Of a stretch of 64,000 nt of DNA, positions 1 to 10,453 are shown piece by piece (the stretch's first letter is position 1; each line of letters begins with the position of its first letter). The DNA lies in NCBI GenBank assembly GCA_963666425.2, contig OY762825.2:672001-736000 (forward strand), in the 5' to 3' direction. The stretch is from Bacillota bacterium. Its GTDB lineage: Bacteria; Bacillota; JAAYKD01. The position numbers and the translations under genes were made by a program. Under the pieces are notes generated by a model that saw only the letters and a list, made by a program, of their open reading frames with translations, was not told the origin of the DNA and did not search any database.

Positions 1-1316
1 TGGTCGTGATGATGCTGGCCTTGGATCTGCAGCTTGCTTTGATTTCCTTTGCCTTGATCCCTTTCATCGCCTTCTTCGTTTATTACGAACAAGGACCGCT
101 GAAAGGTCTCTGGATGAAGTACCGGCGGATCGGTTCTTCTATCACAGCGCACCTCAATGAAACGATTACCGGCATGCAGGTAATTCAGGCATTTTCCCGT
201 GAAAGAATCAATACCCATAAGTTTGCCGCACTGAATGAACGTTATCGCAAATCCTATTTGAAAGCGGTATTTGTGGAGATTTTGGCTTGGCCGGTAATCG
301 ATATCACCTGCGCCGTCGCCACCGCGTTGGTTTTTTTCTTTGGTTCCAAGCGGATCATCGCAGGGACCTTGAGTTTTGGCACCCTTTATGCCTTTTACAC
401 TTACCTGAATAAATTCTGGTCTCCCCTTTCTACCATTTCCAAATTTTACAGTCAATTGCTGTCTGCCAATGCTTCGGCGGAACGCGTTTTTGAATTTTTA
501 GATTTTTCTCCCTTAGTACAGGATCTGCCGCAGGCCATCCCCCTGCCTTCGATCCGCGGTGAAGTTGAATTTGATCATGTGACCTTTGCTTATCAGACTG
601 ACCGGCCTGTTTTGCATGATGTTTCTTTTCTGATCAAACCCGGCAGTACCGTTGCTCTGGTCGGTCCCACCGGCGCCGGTAAATCGACTATCATCAATCT
701 GATTTCACGTTTTTATGACCCCACCGCCGGTGCGGTGCGGATTGATGGTCATGATTTATGCGATGTCACACTGCAGTCTTTGCGCAGTCAACTGGGAATT
801 GTGCTGCAGGATTCCTTTATTTTTTCCGGGACGATTGGTGAAAACATACGTTATGGTAAACTGGAAGCAAGCGACGCAGAGATCGAAGCTGCGGCAAAAG
901 CCGCCAATGCGCATGGCTTTATTCAAAGAATGGAGTTGGGTTACGCTACCGTCACGGAAGAACGCGGCAACACACTCTCTACCGGCCAGCGCCAATTGAT
1001 CGCCTTTGCCAGGGCAATTCTAGCGGATCCCCGCATTTTAATCCTGGATGAAGCAACGTCCAGCATCGATACAGAAACCGAACAGTTGATTCAGAAAGCC
1101 CTGGCGACAATCCTGAAAGACCGAACTTCTTTCATAATCGCTCATCGGCTTTCCACCATTCGCAATGCCGATCTGATTATGGTGATCGATCACGGTCAAA
1201 TTCAGGAAGTCGGCACTCATCTGGCTCTGTTGCAAAATCCCGACGGACTCTATCGCCGGCTTTATGAAACGCAATATGCGCAGCAGGAAAAAATGATGTC
1301 TGATTTCATCGCTTAG
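1..1316 (+). CDS. ABC transporter fused permease/ATP-binding protein (MsbA/MdlB-like exporter), 5' end outside window
   Basis: TM helices followed by Walker A GPTGAGKS, signature LSTGQRQ, Walker B ILILDEATS and IAHRLST; frame open from the window edge. Confidence 0.9.
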   Translation, partial: VVMMLALDLQLALISFALIPFIAFFVYYEQGPLKGLWMKYRRIGSSITAHLNETITGMQVIQAFSRERINTHKFAALNERYRKSYLKAVFVEILAWPVIDITCAVATALVFFFGSKRIIAGTLSFGTLYAFYTYLNKFWSPLSTISKFYSQLLSANASAERVFEFLDFSPLVQDLPQAIPLPSIRGEVEFDHVTFAYQTDRPVLHDVSFLIKPGSTVALVGPTGAGKSTIINLISRFYDPTAGAVRIDGHDLCDVTLQSLRSQLGIVLQDSFIFSGTIGENIRYGKLEASDAEIEAAAKAANAHGFIQRMELGYATVTEERGNTLSTGQRQLIAFARAILADPRILILDEATSSIDTETEQLIQKALATILKDRTSFIIAHRLSTIRNADLIMVIDHGQIQEVGTHLALLQNPDGLYRRLYETQYAQQEKMMSDFIA

Positions 1317-1326
1317 GAGGCGCGAC

Positions 1327-2268
1327 ATGGATCTTTCTTGCCTAACTACCGTCTGGTGTCCTTTACCGGACCATGCAAGTCTCGTCATCGTGACCGATCA
1401 GCAGCAGGCTGCCCTAGCTGCCCGCTTGGCAGCAGACAATAAACCGGCTTTGGGCCGCTTTCAGCTGTTCAATTTGGATTTGGTTTGCCTGACATCCCTG
1501 GCTGAGCTGCCGCCGCTCGGTCCTGACGATCTGTTGGTAATCCTGCTTTCGGTGCAGGGATATCTGCACGGCGCCAACCGTTTATTTCCAGCCTTTCATA
1601 AACCAAAAGGCCTTGCCGCCAAATATGTGATGATTCGTCCCGATATTGATGAAGAATCTCTGGCTGCCGGACTGCGGACTCCCTTAGCACGAATTTCAGC
1701 CTTGGAAACAAACTTAAAAACGACCGCGGCCAATCAAACCATTCGGCTGACCGCGCCGGGAGGAACCGATCTCACGCTGCGTACGCGGGAATTTACAGCC
1801 TTGCCCTATCGCTTTACAGAAGAACAGGATACTGCTTATTTAACTGCCGCGGAGGTTTATACCGCCATCGAGGAGGGATCTGTCAACGGTTCTATTGTCG
1901 TTGATTTGACTGTGGGAGAATTACGCTTGCAAGGCAATTTGCTGCAGCCATTTGGCTTGGTTAGAGAACCGTTAACCATTCAAGTCAAAAATGGTTCCAT
2001 TGAGCATTTTTCCGGCGGCCTCTTTGCCTGCTTGCTGGCAGAGGAATTCAGCAAATTGAGCTGGAACTGTAAGTGTGTCGTGGAATTGGGTTATGGTCTT
2101 TCCGCGATGCAGCCAACCGGATTGATCGGAATCGATGAAAGCATTTTAGGAACCTGCCATTTTGGTATCGGTGACAATCTGTTTTATGGTGGCTGCAATA
2201 AAGCACCCATTCACTGGGATGTTGTCATCCGCAATCCTTCTTTTCAAGTCTTGTCTGGTCAGACATAA
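1327..2268 (+). CDS. M29 (thermophilic metallo-aminopeptidase)-like protein
   Basis: GTDLTL, ELGYG and DESILGTCHFGIGDN-GG-N-APIHWD C-terminal motifs; AGGAGG RBS. Confidence 0.65.
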   Translation: MDLSCLTTVWCPLPDHASLVIVTDQQQAALAARLAADNKPALGRFQLFNLDLVCLTSLAELPPLGPDDLLVILLSVQGYLHGANRLFPAFHKPKGLAAKYVMIRPDIDEESLAAGLRTPLARISALETNLKTTAANQTIRLTAPGGTDLTLRTREFTALPYRFTEEQDTAYLTAAEVYTAIEEGSVNGSIVVDLTVGELRLQGNLLQPFGLVREPLTIQVKNGSIEHFSGGLFACLLAEEFSKLSWNCKCVVELGYGLSAMQPTGLIGIDESILGTCHFGIGDNLFYGGCNKAPIHWDVVIRNPSFQVLSGQT

Positions 2269-2288
2269 AATCGAGTCCAAAGGAGAAC

Positions 2289-2894
2289 ATGATGAGCCAT
2301 TTTTTCGCTTACTTAAGCCGCATGAAATACATCAATCGCTGGAACACGATGCGCAACAGCAAAGAAGAAAATATCCAGGAACACTCTTTGCAGGTGGCCA
2401 TGATTGCGCATGCCCTTGCTTTGATCAAAAACAAATATGATCAGGCCGCGCTCGATCCGGAACGTATCACGCTGTTGGCAGTCTATCATGAGGCAAGTGA
2501 AGTAATCACAGGGGACATGGCCACACCAATCAAATACTACAACGACGAAATCAGGGATGCCTATAAAAGACTGGAGCAAATGGCCAACGAACGGCTCTTC
2601 AGGATGGTTCCCAGTGAATTCAAACAAGACTATGCTTCCCTGCTTTTTCACACGGCCGCCGATCAGGAGTCCTTGAAAATTGTTAAGTATGCGGATAAAA
2701 TCTCTGCCTATTTGAAATGCGTGGAAGAGGTAAAAGCAGGGAATCTGGAGTTCGGCAATGCCAAAGAAAGCATCCTACATGACCTGCAGCGCTTACAAGC
2801 GCCTGAAGTAGACTATTTTATGCAGCATTTTGTGCCTGGCTTCAATCTGAGTCTGGACGAACTGAATGCTGAGAACGCCGTTGACCCGCAATAA
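2289..2894 (+). CDS. yfbR: HD-domain 5'-deoxynucleotidase (YfbR family)
   Basis: SHFFAYLSRMKYINRW, ENIQEHS, HEASEVITGDMATPIKY and ADKISAYLKC motifs. Confidence 0.88.
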   Translation: MMSHFFAYLSRMKYINRWNTMRNSKEENIQEHSLQVAMIAHALALIKNKYDQAALDPERITLLAVYHEASEVITGDMATPIKYYNDEIRDAYKRLEQMANERLFRMVPSEFKQDYASLLFHTAADQESLKIVKYADKISAYLKCVEEVKAGNLEFGNAKESILHDLQRLQAPEVDYFMQHFVPGFNLSLDELNAENAVDPQ

Positions 2895-2912
2895 AATCCG
2901 ATGTCCCTATTT

Positions 2913-2967
2913 AAAAAAGCAAGTTCGTCCTCTGTTTTTTGCAGAGCATACGAACTTGCTTTTTTTT
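2913..2967. terminator. Bidirectional intrinsic terminator
   Basis: AAAAAAGCAAGTTCGT...ACGAACTTGCTTTTTT inverted repeat between convergent genes. Confidence 0.8.
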
Positions 2968-2975
2968 GATTCATT

Positions 2976-3845
2976 CTAAGCTTTCACTTTCAGCTTCAGC
3001 TCATAAATATCGTTGCGCCGCGCAGAGAGGATGGGCAGCTGCTGCCGCACCGAGCGGACTTGCGCAAAATCAATTTCCAAGGTGTGCGCCGTTGCTTCGC
3101 TGCCTGCCTGATAAAGCAAATTCCCCCAGGGGTCTACGGCAATGCTATGACCGTAGGCGACATAACAGCCATCTTCTTGCCGGGCGGGAGAGACACCAAT
3201 CGTGAAAAGCTGATTGTCCAGCGCTCTAGCCCTAAAATGCAGCTGCCAATGCGCCGGTCCTGTTGTCATATTGAAAGCGGCAGGAACGATGACCAGTTCG
3301 GCTCCCTGCAGTGCCATCAAACGAAAAAGCTCCGAAAACCGAATATCGAAGCAAATGCAGAGGCCAATTTTACCCCAGGGCGTGGGAAAAATCGTCACTT
3401 GATCGCCTGCGGTCAAAACCTCTGACTCACAGAATTTTTGGCCGCCCTGGACATCAATATCGAATAAATGCATCTTGCGGTGTCTGGCGATTTGCTTGCC
3501 CGTTTGGTCATAAACAAAGGAAGTGTTGTAGACGCGATCCGCTTCCAGTTCCGGCAGAGAGCCGGCCACGATCATCACAGCCAATTCGGCAGCCAAGGCA
3601 GACAGAGCTGTTTGGGCTTCTCCCCCCTGGTATTCACCATAGGCTCGGAAATATTGAGTGGCATAAGGACAGCAGAACATTTCCGGCAGTACCACGATTT
3701 CCGCACCGGCCTGTACTTCCTGGCGAATCAAGGCGCAGGCATGTTGAATCGTTGCCGTTTTATCGAAGCTGCTCTGCATTTGAATTAAAGCAATTTTCAG
3801 AATAGTCAACTCCTTTTTTGGCAATATGAAGAAACGCTGCTGCAT
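2976..3845 (-). CDS. Carbon-nitrogen hydrolase (omega-amidase/Nit2-like); true start probably near 3800
   Basis: Nitrilase triad motifs LPEMF, HRKMHLFD, ICFDIRF; PAAFNMTTGPAHW. Confidence 0.88.
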   Translation of the reverse strand: MQQRFFILPKKELTILKIALIQMQSSFDKTATIQHACALIRQEVQAGAEIVVLPEMFCCPYATQYFRAYGEYQGGEAQTALSALAAELAVMIVAGSLPELEADRVYNTSFVYDQTGKQIARHRKMHLFDIDVQGGQKFCESEVLTAGDQVTIFPTPWGKIGLCICFDIRFSELFRLMALQGAELVIVPAAFNMTTGPAHWQLHFRARALDNQLFTIGVSPARQEDGCYVAYGHSIAVDPWGNLLYQAGSEATAHTLEIDFAQVRSVRQQLPILSARRNDIYELKLKVKA

Positions 3846-3875
3846 GATGGGATGCAGCAGCGTTTTGCTAATTTT

Positions 3876-4760
3876 TTAAAGTAAGCCGACACCTGCCAGA
3901 ATTTTTTTCAGTTCGCTTGTTTTCGCTTCGTCCAAAGGCTGCAGCGGCATCCGCGGCTGACCGCCCTTTAGACCGATGAGATCCATTGCCTTTTTTAAAC
4001 CGGGTATACCAAAGCGGGAAGTGACGGCGGCGTTCACCGCCATGAGCTCTGCTTGTATCTCAACTGCACGGGCATGTTTTCCGTCCTGCACCGCTTGCAT
4101 TAATTCGACACAAAGATCCGGCAGCAAATTTGCTACCGCCAAGGTGCCGCCAACACCGCCCAAAGCCAGGGTGGCATAGAGGAAACTGGCTGAACCGGCA
4201 AAAACACTGAAATCAGCCGGAGTGCCGTTGATAATGTTCGTGATTTGTACGATGTCACCGCTGGAGTCTTTGACACCGGCGATATTGCAGTGCTTGGCCA
4301 AATCGCAGACCAGTGATGCCGACATATTGACACCGGCATTGCGCGGCATATTGTAAAGCATGACCGGAATGACGCAAGCATCGGCAATCGCTGTATAATG
4401 CGCTTTGAGAACATCATCTTTATAGCTGTCTTTATAATACCACGGAGTCACGACTAAAGCAGCATCCGCCCCCACATCGGCACAACTGTTGGACAGCTGA
4501 ATCGTTTCGCGGGTTGATTCACAGCCGGAACCGGCGATGATTTTTTTGTCGGAACGCAAATACTTGCGCACATAGCTGACCAATTCGACCTTTTCATCAT
4601 AGGTGAGCATAGCAAATTCGCCGTTGGAACCCAGTACGACCAGACCGGCTAATTTCGATTGATTATAAAAGTTAATGTTATGTTTTAACGCATCCCAGTC
4701 AATTTCACCTTTTGTAAATGGTGTGGCGATTGGCGCGTATATCCCTTGAAATCGGTGCAT
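3876..4760 (-). CDS. DHDPS/NAL-family aldolase (4-hydroxy-2-oxoglutarate aldolase-like)
   Basis: GSNGE motif (HOGA-like rather than the DapA GTTGE), LYNMP, Schiff-base KDSSG. Confidence 0.85.
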   Translation of the reverse strand: MHRFQGIYAPIATPFTKGEIDWDALKHNINFYNQSKLAGLVVLGSNGEFAMLTYDEKVELVSYVRKYLRSDKKIIAGSGCESTRETIQLSNSCADVGADAALVVTPWYYKDSYKDDVLKAHYTAIADACVIPVMLYNMPRNAGVNMSASLVCDLAKHCNIAGVKDSSGDIVQITNIINGTPADFSVFAGSASFLYATLALGGVGGTLAVANLLPDLCVELMQAVQDGKHARAVEIQAELMAVNAAVTSRFGIPGLKKAMDLIGLKGGQPRMPLQPLDEAKTSELKKILAGVGLL

Positions 4761-4793
4761 TCTACTCTCTTCCTTTCGGTATCTATGATCAGA

Positions 4794-5339
4794 TTAAGCT
4801 GCGGTTAATTGATCCAAGTCCTTCAAAATCATGCTCATTTCCACCTTGGAAGGATGATCATGTTCTAAAACTTGCTCGAGACGTGTGAGCACTTGTTCGA
4901 AGCTCTTTAAGGTCTCGTTGTTTTGGCTGTCATTGCCGACAGCACCCATGACGAAGTTGAGATAGTTCAGCAGACGGGTCCAAACTCTGGATAGTCTGAC
5001 ATCAGCAGTTTCGAGAGTGGAGATACGAGCCAAGACGGAACGCCGAATCGCCAGAAGTGTTTTTGCATCGGAAGTTTCCCACTTGCCATTGTTCGCTTGG
5101 CGAATGAGATGACGCAGTCCCTGCAAATCCATCACTAAGCCATTCCGATTGAGTCGCACCACATGCTTAATCCGCTGACGCTGCACAGCTACGCTGGTGA
5201 GCAAGCATGATCCGATTAAAATCACAATGGAAATGCTTAGCACACGCACCAGAAAAGAACGGCGTTGAAACTTTTCTTCAATGATTTCCCGTAATTGCTG
5301 CATCTGCTCCGCCCAGGAATTTTCTTTTAAGTTTTGCAT
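4794..5339 (-). CDS. Hypothetical protein with single N-terminal TM helix
   Basis: 181-aa ORF, hydrophobic stretch VLSISIVILIGSCLL, G-rich RBS. Confidence 0.6.
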   Translation of the reverse strand: MQNLKENSWAEQMQQLREIIEEKFQRRSFLVRVLSISIVILIGSCLLTSVAVQRQRIKHVVRLNRNGLVMDLQGLRHLIRQANNGKWETSDAKTLLAIRRSVLARISTLETADVRLSRVWTRLLNYLNFVMGAVGNDSQNNETLKSFEQVLTRLEQVLEHDHPSKVEMSMILKDLDQLTAA

Positions 5340-5517
5340 AGGATGCCCCCCTTATTACTTTATGCTTCCGCGTATATTATACCGCATTTCATAGAGAATG
5401 AAAAGACCTGTCTGATTAATTTTCTCTAAAGCTTATTTTGAAAAGAATTGCAGGAAACTCTGGTCAATGATTGCGGGAAGTGGTATAATAAATCAAATTC
5501 TTAAGGAGGTTTTATCG

Positions 5518-5976
5518 ATGAGTATTGTGAGTAAATTAAAAGAACTCGGTCTGGAAATTCCGGTTGCAGCCAAACCCCTGGCGGCTTATGCCCCTGCCGT
5601 ACGGGTTGGCAATTATGTTTATACATCCGGCCAGTTGCCGGTGATTGCCGGTAAACTGCAGTATGTCGGCAAAGTCGGCGCTGAAGTAGCACCGGAGGCC
5701 GCTTACGAAGCAGCAAAGCTCTGCGCCATCAATTGTCTGGCTGCAGTCAATACGGTAGCTGATGTCGAACAAATCGAAAAAATCGTCAAAGTCGTCGCTT
5801 TTGTCGCCAGCGCGCCTGGTTTTAATGGCCAACCCGGGGTTGCCAACGGCGCTTCCGAATTGATGGGCAAAATTCTTGCCGAAGCTGGTGTTCATGCCCG
5901 TTCAGCAGTCGGCGTAGCAGAATTGCCGCTCAATGCTCCGGTAGAAGTAGAAATGATCGTGAAATTAAAAGATTAG
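5518..5976 (+). CDS. RidA/YjgF family protein
   Basis: YTSGQLP, VANGAS, HARSAVGVAELP-NAPVEVE; AAGGAGG RBS before ATG at 5518. Confidence 0.9.
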   Translation: MSIVSKLKELGLEIPVAAKPLAAYAPAVRVGNYVYTSGQLPVIAGKLQYVGKVGAEVAPEAAYEAAKLCAINCLAAVNTVADVEQIEKIVKVVAFVASAPGFNGQPGVANGASELMGKILAEAGVHARSAVGVAELPLNAPVEVEMIVKLKD

Positions 5977-6060
5977 TTGACAGGAAACCATTAGTGCCTT
6001 ACAGCTGCTCCTTTTTAGAGAAGCAACGGTAAGGCACTGATTTTTTTGTTGTTCAGCCCA

Positions 6061-6732
6061 TCATCTGAACCGATCCATCTGCCAATCCTTAAGCGAGAAT
6101 AAATATTCCTCTGTCAAGCTGCGAATGGCTTCGGCATCCTCTTTAGAGCTTTCATCATAAACACCAATGACGCGGAATCCTGCTGCTTTCGCGGTGATCA
6201 CCGCATGCAGTGAGTCTTCGAACACCAAGGTCTCTGCCTTGGGAGTCGCCAGGATTTGATGAGCCTGATAGAAAATTTCCGGCTGATCTTTGCCGCAGCC
6301 GATCTCCGTACAGGTGATCAGCGCAGAAAAGAAATCCGTGAGACCAAATCGCTGCAGAGCATCCTCTACCAGGGGGCGATGATTGGCTGTGGCAATACAC
6401 ATCCGTACCCCTTGCTGACGCAGCTGTGTCAGCAGTTGCAGCGCGCCATCCTTTAAAGCCAATTGATTGCGGTAGGCGTCCTCGGCCATGCTGTTAATTT
6501 CCGCTAAGATCGCTTCCTGCGATTCCTCAATACCGTAAACGGTCTGCAGATACTGCAGCGTTTCCTGCATGCTCATTTTCTTAAAAGTGTCGGAAAGCTG
6601 TGGTTCCGGCACCCGTGATTTGCGCAGTAAATAGGCGCGGTCCAACTCACTCCAAAAATGCATGGAATCCAATAAGGTTCCGTCAAAATCAAAAATCGCT
6701 CCCTGAATTCTGCTCACTGATTGATCGACCAA
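6061..6732 (-). CDS. HAD-family phosphatase
   Basis: IFDFDGTLLDS motif I, GKDQPEIF, VFEDS; start trimmed from the ORF track to avoid overlap with the upstream gene. Confidence 0.85.
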   Translation of the reverse strand: MVDQSVSRIQGAIFDFDGTLLDSMHFWSELDRAYLLRKSRVPEPQLSDTFKKMSMQETLQYLQTVYGIEESQEAILAEINSMAEDAYRNQLALKDGALQLLTQLRQQGVRMCIATANHRPLVEDALQRFGLTDFFSALITCTEIGCGKDQPEIFYQAHQILATPKAETLVFEDSLHAVITAKAAGFRVIGVYDESSKEDAEAIRSLTEEYLFSLKDWQMDRFR

Positions 6733-6749
6733 CTTTCCTATTTTTCTAA

Positions 6750-7958
6750 TTAATGCAGATTGCGGAGAAATGTGAGATACGGCTTTTTTTCCAGCCATAA
6801 AACCGCCGCAGAAAATCCGAGAGAAAAAAGATAGACACTGCCAAAACGGATCAGGCTGTTGGAGTAAAATCCGGATAGACCAAATAGCTGAAAGACAACC
6901 GGCGAGACAAAGATAAAAATACCATGACTGCAATAAACCAAAACACTGGTTTCCCGCAGCCAGTGATAAACGGGGTTCTCTTTTAATTTTTCTTCTTTCA
7001 GCCACAGTAGGAGAAAAATCGCGGCTGGGATGGCAAAAAAGTAAAAATTATAGTCGCGCTGAATTTGATAATAGCGCAGGATTTGCGATTCCACGATCAT
7101 CAAAGCAAAACTGATCATAAAAATCAGGCGGGAGATCTCTTTTCTGACTCGAAAATTTTTCCAAGCCAGCAAGACGCCAATGGAGATAAACAAGGTAGCG
7201 TAAAATACACCGTTCCTTGTCGTATAAAACATCGAGATATATTGATTGACCCAGACGCGCACCGGCGGTACATAGAGCGTCATGCCATAATAAGCATCGG
7301 CAGGTGTACCTAATAAAAACAGAACGGCGCTGATGGCAATCACCCAACCAATCCGTAAGCGGCGCAGCAGCGCGTAAATAATCGCCATACCCAGCATCAA
7401 CGAAGGAAAATACCAGAGATGGTATTGATTGAAGGTGTGCACGATGTTATAGATAAAATTGGACAGCTGCGGACCGCTAAGACCGCTTTGCCACCAACCG
7501 ATCAAAGAATATTTGGCGTAATCCACGATCAGGCAGGGATAGGTGACGATTGCAAAAAAGCTGCGCATAAATTGCAGAGAACCACCCACTACACCATTGC
7601 TCATATAAACTAAGGCGATTAGACTATAAATGATAATGCTCCAGAAAAAAAACAGGATGCCCAAACGTTCGATGTAGCGCCATAAATAGCCTGCCTGCCG
7701 CCAACTTTTGGGCAACGCCGCCGGATAATGAGAAAAGAACAGATAAGCTGCGGTTAAAAAGAAGAAAGGTACCACCACACGGGCAATCCCCTGAATAATC
7801 AGAAAGTCTCCGGCTTCACTGTAGGTTCCCAAAGGGAAAGTGTGACCTGCCACAACGAGGATAGAACAGATGAATTTAGCAATATCCACTGCGTAATATT
7901 GCTGACGCTTCTGTTTTGCAGGCGGTGCCTGCGCTTGTTCATGCAAAGAGGAAATCAC
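6750..7958 (-). CDS. Acyltransferase-3 (OafA-like) membrane protein
   Basis: DIAKFICSILVVAGH, ARVVVPFFF, HLWYF, VYCSH; many TM helices. Confidence 0.8.
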   Translation of the reverse strand: MISSLHEQAQAPPAKQKRQQYYAVDIAKFICSILVVAGHTFPLGTYSEAGDFLIIQGIARVVVPFFFLTAAYLFFSHYPAALPKSWRQAGYLWRYIERLGILFFFWSIIIYSLIALVYMSNGVVGGSLQFMRSFFAIVTYPCLIVDYAKYSLIGWWQSGLSGPQLSNFIYNIVHTFNQYHLWYFPSLMLGMAIIYALLRRLRIGWVIAISAVLFLLGTPADAYYGMTLYVPPVRVWVNQYISMFYTTRNGVFYATLFISIGVLLAWKNFRVRKEISRLIFMISFALMIVESQILRYYQIQRDYNFYFFAIPAAIFLLLWLKEEKLKENPVYHWLRETSVLVYCSHGIFIFVSPVVFQLFGLSGFYSNSLIRFGSVYLFSLGFSAAVLWLEKKPYLTFLRNLH

Positions 7959-8101
7959 CTGCCTGTCTAATCTGCTGCGGCTTTCGGTCGCACGTTACGC
8001 TTTTCTATTATAAAACCACAGCCGATAAAAAGCAATGAGAACTTGTCTTTCCTGCCGTTCTTATGCTATACTGAGTATGATAAAAAAAAAGAGGTGACGA
8101 T

Positions 8102-8842
8102 ATGGCTCTGCTGCATTGCGAAATTCATTCTGAGATTTTGCAAAAACAAACCCAGTTCCGCGCGATTTTGCCGCAAACCGGCGATGATTTTCCGGTTCTT
8201 TACCTGCTGCACGGCTTAGGAGATGACAGCAGCAGTTGGACCCGCTTCACTCAGCTGGAAAGCTGGGCCAATGAATATGGTATCGCCGTGATGATGCCGG
8301 ACGCCGAACGTAGTTTTTATGCTGATATGGCTTTTGGCGGCAATTATTATACCTATATTCAAAAAGAATTTCCACAAATTTGCGAGAGTATGTTTCGAAT
8401 TGGCCGCCTACGGGAAAAACGCTTTATTGCAGGGCTCTCTATGGGTGGCTACGGCGCTGTCAAATTGGCTTTGCGTGAACCGGATCGATATCGCGTGGCT
8501 GGCAGTTTCTCCGGTGCCTTCGATATTGAATTATGCCACACGCAGGTAACTGCTCAGGAATGGCAGGCGATCTTCGGTAAACGATTTATCACCGAAACCG
8601 AGAATGACATCCACACCTTATTGAACAAGTGCGAAGATTTCGCTGCTCTGCCCCTTTTCCACCTCAGCTGCGGTTCAAAAGACGCTTTTGCTTTTTCCCA
8701 TAAATTGTTCTACAAAAATATGTTGAAATGGAAATTGATGCCGGAGTTATTTTTGGATGAAGGTTATGCTCATACCTGGCCTTATTGGAATATTTGTATT
8801 GAGCGCTTTCTGCGCTATCTGCGGGAGGAATCTATGATTTAG
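8102..8842 (+). CDS. Alpha/beta-hydrolase esterase (tributyrin esterase-like)
   Basis: VLYLLHGLGDD, nucleophile elbow GLSMGG, HTWPYW. Confidence 0.88.
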   Translation: MALLHCEIHSEILQKQTQFRAILPQTGDDFPVLYLLHGLGDDSSSWTRFTQLESWANEYGIAVMMPDAERSFYADMAFGGNYYTYIQKEFPQICESMFRIGRLREKRFIAGLSMGGYGAVKLALREPDRYRVAGSFSGAFDIELCHTQVTAQEWQAIFGKRFITETENDIHTLLNKCEDFAALPLFHLSCGSKDAFAFSHKLFYKNMLKWKLMPELFLDEGYAHTWPYWNICIERFLRYLREESMI

Positions 8843-8852
8843 CTCTTTAGCT

Positions 8853-8890
8853 AAAAACGGGAACTGTTGCCAACAACAGTTCCCGTTTTT
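8853..8890. terminator. Bidirectional intrinsic terminator
   Basis: AAAAACGGGAACTGTTG...CAACAGTTCCCGTTTTT perfect inverted repeat. Confidence 0.85.
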
Positions 8891-8927
8891 AATTTAAATG
8901 CGGATAGCTCAGCGAAGTGAGCAGCAG

Positions 8928-9662
8928 CTAGGATAATTGAAAGCAATCCATATATCTCAATTTAAAGGCATTATTGCGATGCAGCGTATCAATTTTCTCT
9001 TTTATAACAGGGTCCTGACAAACACCGGTGCGAATGTACTGATCCAAAACTTGATAAGTAAAACCCAAATTATCTTCATCGCTGAAACCGCTGAGCCCGT
9101 CGGCAGGCGTTTTTTCCACCAAAGTCTCGGGTAAATGCAATGCACGTCCAAGCTCTTTGACTTCCGCTACCGTAAAGCAAGCGAGCGGACTGAAATCTCC
9201 TGCAGCGTCTCCGTAGCGCGTAGAATAGCCGACCCAATCTTCGGATAAATTACAAGTATTGACGACGCGGCCATTATTTGACTGCGAAACAGCATACAGG
9301 GTTGTCATTCTCAATCGCGCCGGCATATTTGTAGCAGACTGCTTTGAAAATAAACCGATTTCCTCAAGAATAGCCGTTTCGAGTGCCAAATAGGCGTTGG
9401 CAATATTAATCGTATAATTTTTAATCTTCAGGTGATCAACTAGAAGCCTGGCATCCTGAATATCTTTTTGCACTCCATTGGGCATCAACACGCCAATCAC
9501 CCGCTCTGCTCCCAGTGCTTCCACGCACAGAGCAGCGACGACGGAACTGTCTTTCCCTCCGGAGATACCAATCACAGCATTAGAATCGTGCCCATTTTTC
9601 AGAAACCAAGCTTGGATCCACGACACGCAAGCGTTCTTTGCCTGCATTGCGTCAAATATCAT
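8928..9662 (-). CDS. nadE: NH3-dependent NAD(+) synthetase
   Basis: GISGGKDS PP-loop, ARLRMTTLY, GYSTRYGD, PADGL; no glutaminase domain. Confidence 0.92.
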   Translation of the reverse strand: MIFDAMQAKNACVSWIQAWFLKNGHDSNAVIGISGGKDSSVVAALCVEALGAERVIGVLMPNGVQKDIQDARLLVDHLKIKNYTINIANAYLALETAILEEIGLFSKQSATNMPARLRMTTLYAVSQSNNGRVVNTCNLSEDWVGYSTRYGDAAGDFSPLACFTVAEVKELGRALHLPETLVEKTPADGLSGFSDEDNLGFTYQVLDQYIRTGVCQDPVIKEKIDTLHRNNAFKLRYMDCFQLS

Positions 9663-9775
9663 CTGTATTTCTCCTTTTATTTTGCTGTAAAATGTGATCA
9701 ATTATCAAGTCCAATCCGAACTAGGCAGCGCGTATCCGGCAGCGGCAGGAACGGCGGCCTGATCAAAACCATTCC

Positions 9776-10375
9776 CTACAACTTCGCACCGTACAATTCG
9801 TGCGTTTTGATATAAGCCATCACAACCTCTTCCAAAGCATCCACCCGCTCAGCGCCATTGGCAATCTGCCGGCGAATCTCGGTCGCACTGATATCCAACA
9901 ATGGTAAAAAATTCAGGAAACGCAGATGGGATTGATTTTTTTGCAGGAGCGGTTCCTGCTGCAGCAAAGCAGCGCAGTCAAAACCAAGCCGCGGCATCAC
10001 CCAAATCTGAAAATTCTCTAATAACCGTTCTGCTTCGACCCACTTTGTCAGATAAGAGAAATTATCAGCTCCCGTTAAAAAAGCAAACTGCCGGTTTGGA
10101 TTTAGCTTTTGCAGAGACATCAAGCTATAATAAGTGCCGAACTGCGCCTGACTGTCGGACTCTAGGGAAGATACTTCAAAATGCTCGTCATGCTGCGCCA
10201 TCAGGCGGCACATCGCCAGACGATGTTTGGCTGCAATCAATTCCGGTTTATCATAACGATCCCCCACCGGCATAAAAATCAGCTTTTCTACCTCCGGCTC
10301 CTGCAGGATTCTGGTCGCAAAACACAAATGTGCTTTGGTAGGCGGATTAAAAGCGCCGCCATAGACGATCCACAT
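9776..10375 (-). CDS. nadD: Nicotinate-nucleotide adenylyltransferase
   Basis: YGGAFNPPTKAH (HIGH-like), TGADN, ISATEIR; adjacent to nadE. Confidence 0.88.
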   Translation of the reverse strand: MWIVYGGAFNPPTKAHLCFATRILQEPEVEKLIFMPVGDRYDKPELIAAKHRLAMCRLMAQHDEHFEVSSLESDSQAQFGTYYSLMSLQKLNPNRQFAFLTGADNFSYLTKWVEAERLLENFQIWVMPRLGFDCAALLQQEPLLQKNQSHLRFLNFLPLLDISATEIRRQIANGAERVDALEEVVMAYIKTHELYGAKL

Positions 10376-10453
10376 CAATGCACCCTCCAATTGTACAAGG
10401 CCGTTTCATCTATGAAACGGCCTTTTCATCGATCAACCGAGCCAGAGCGGTGG

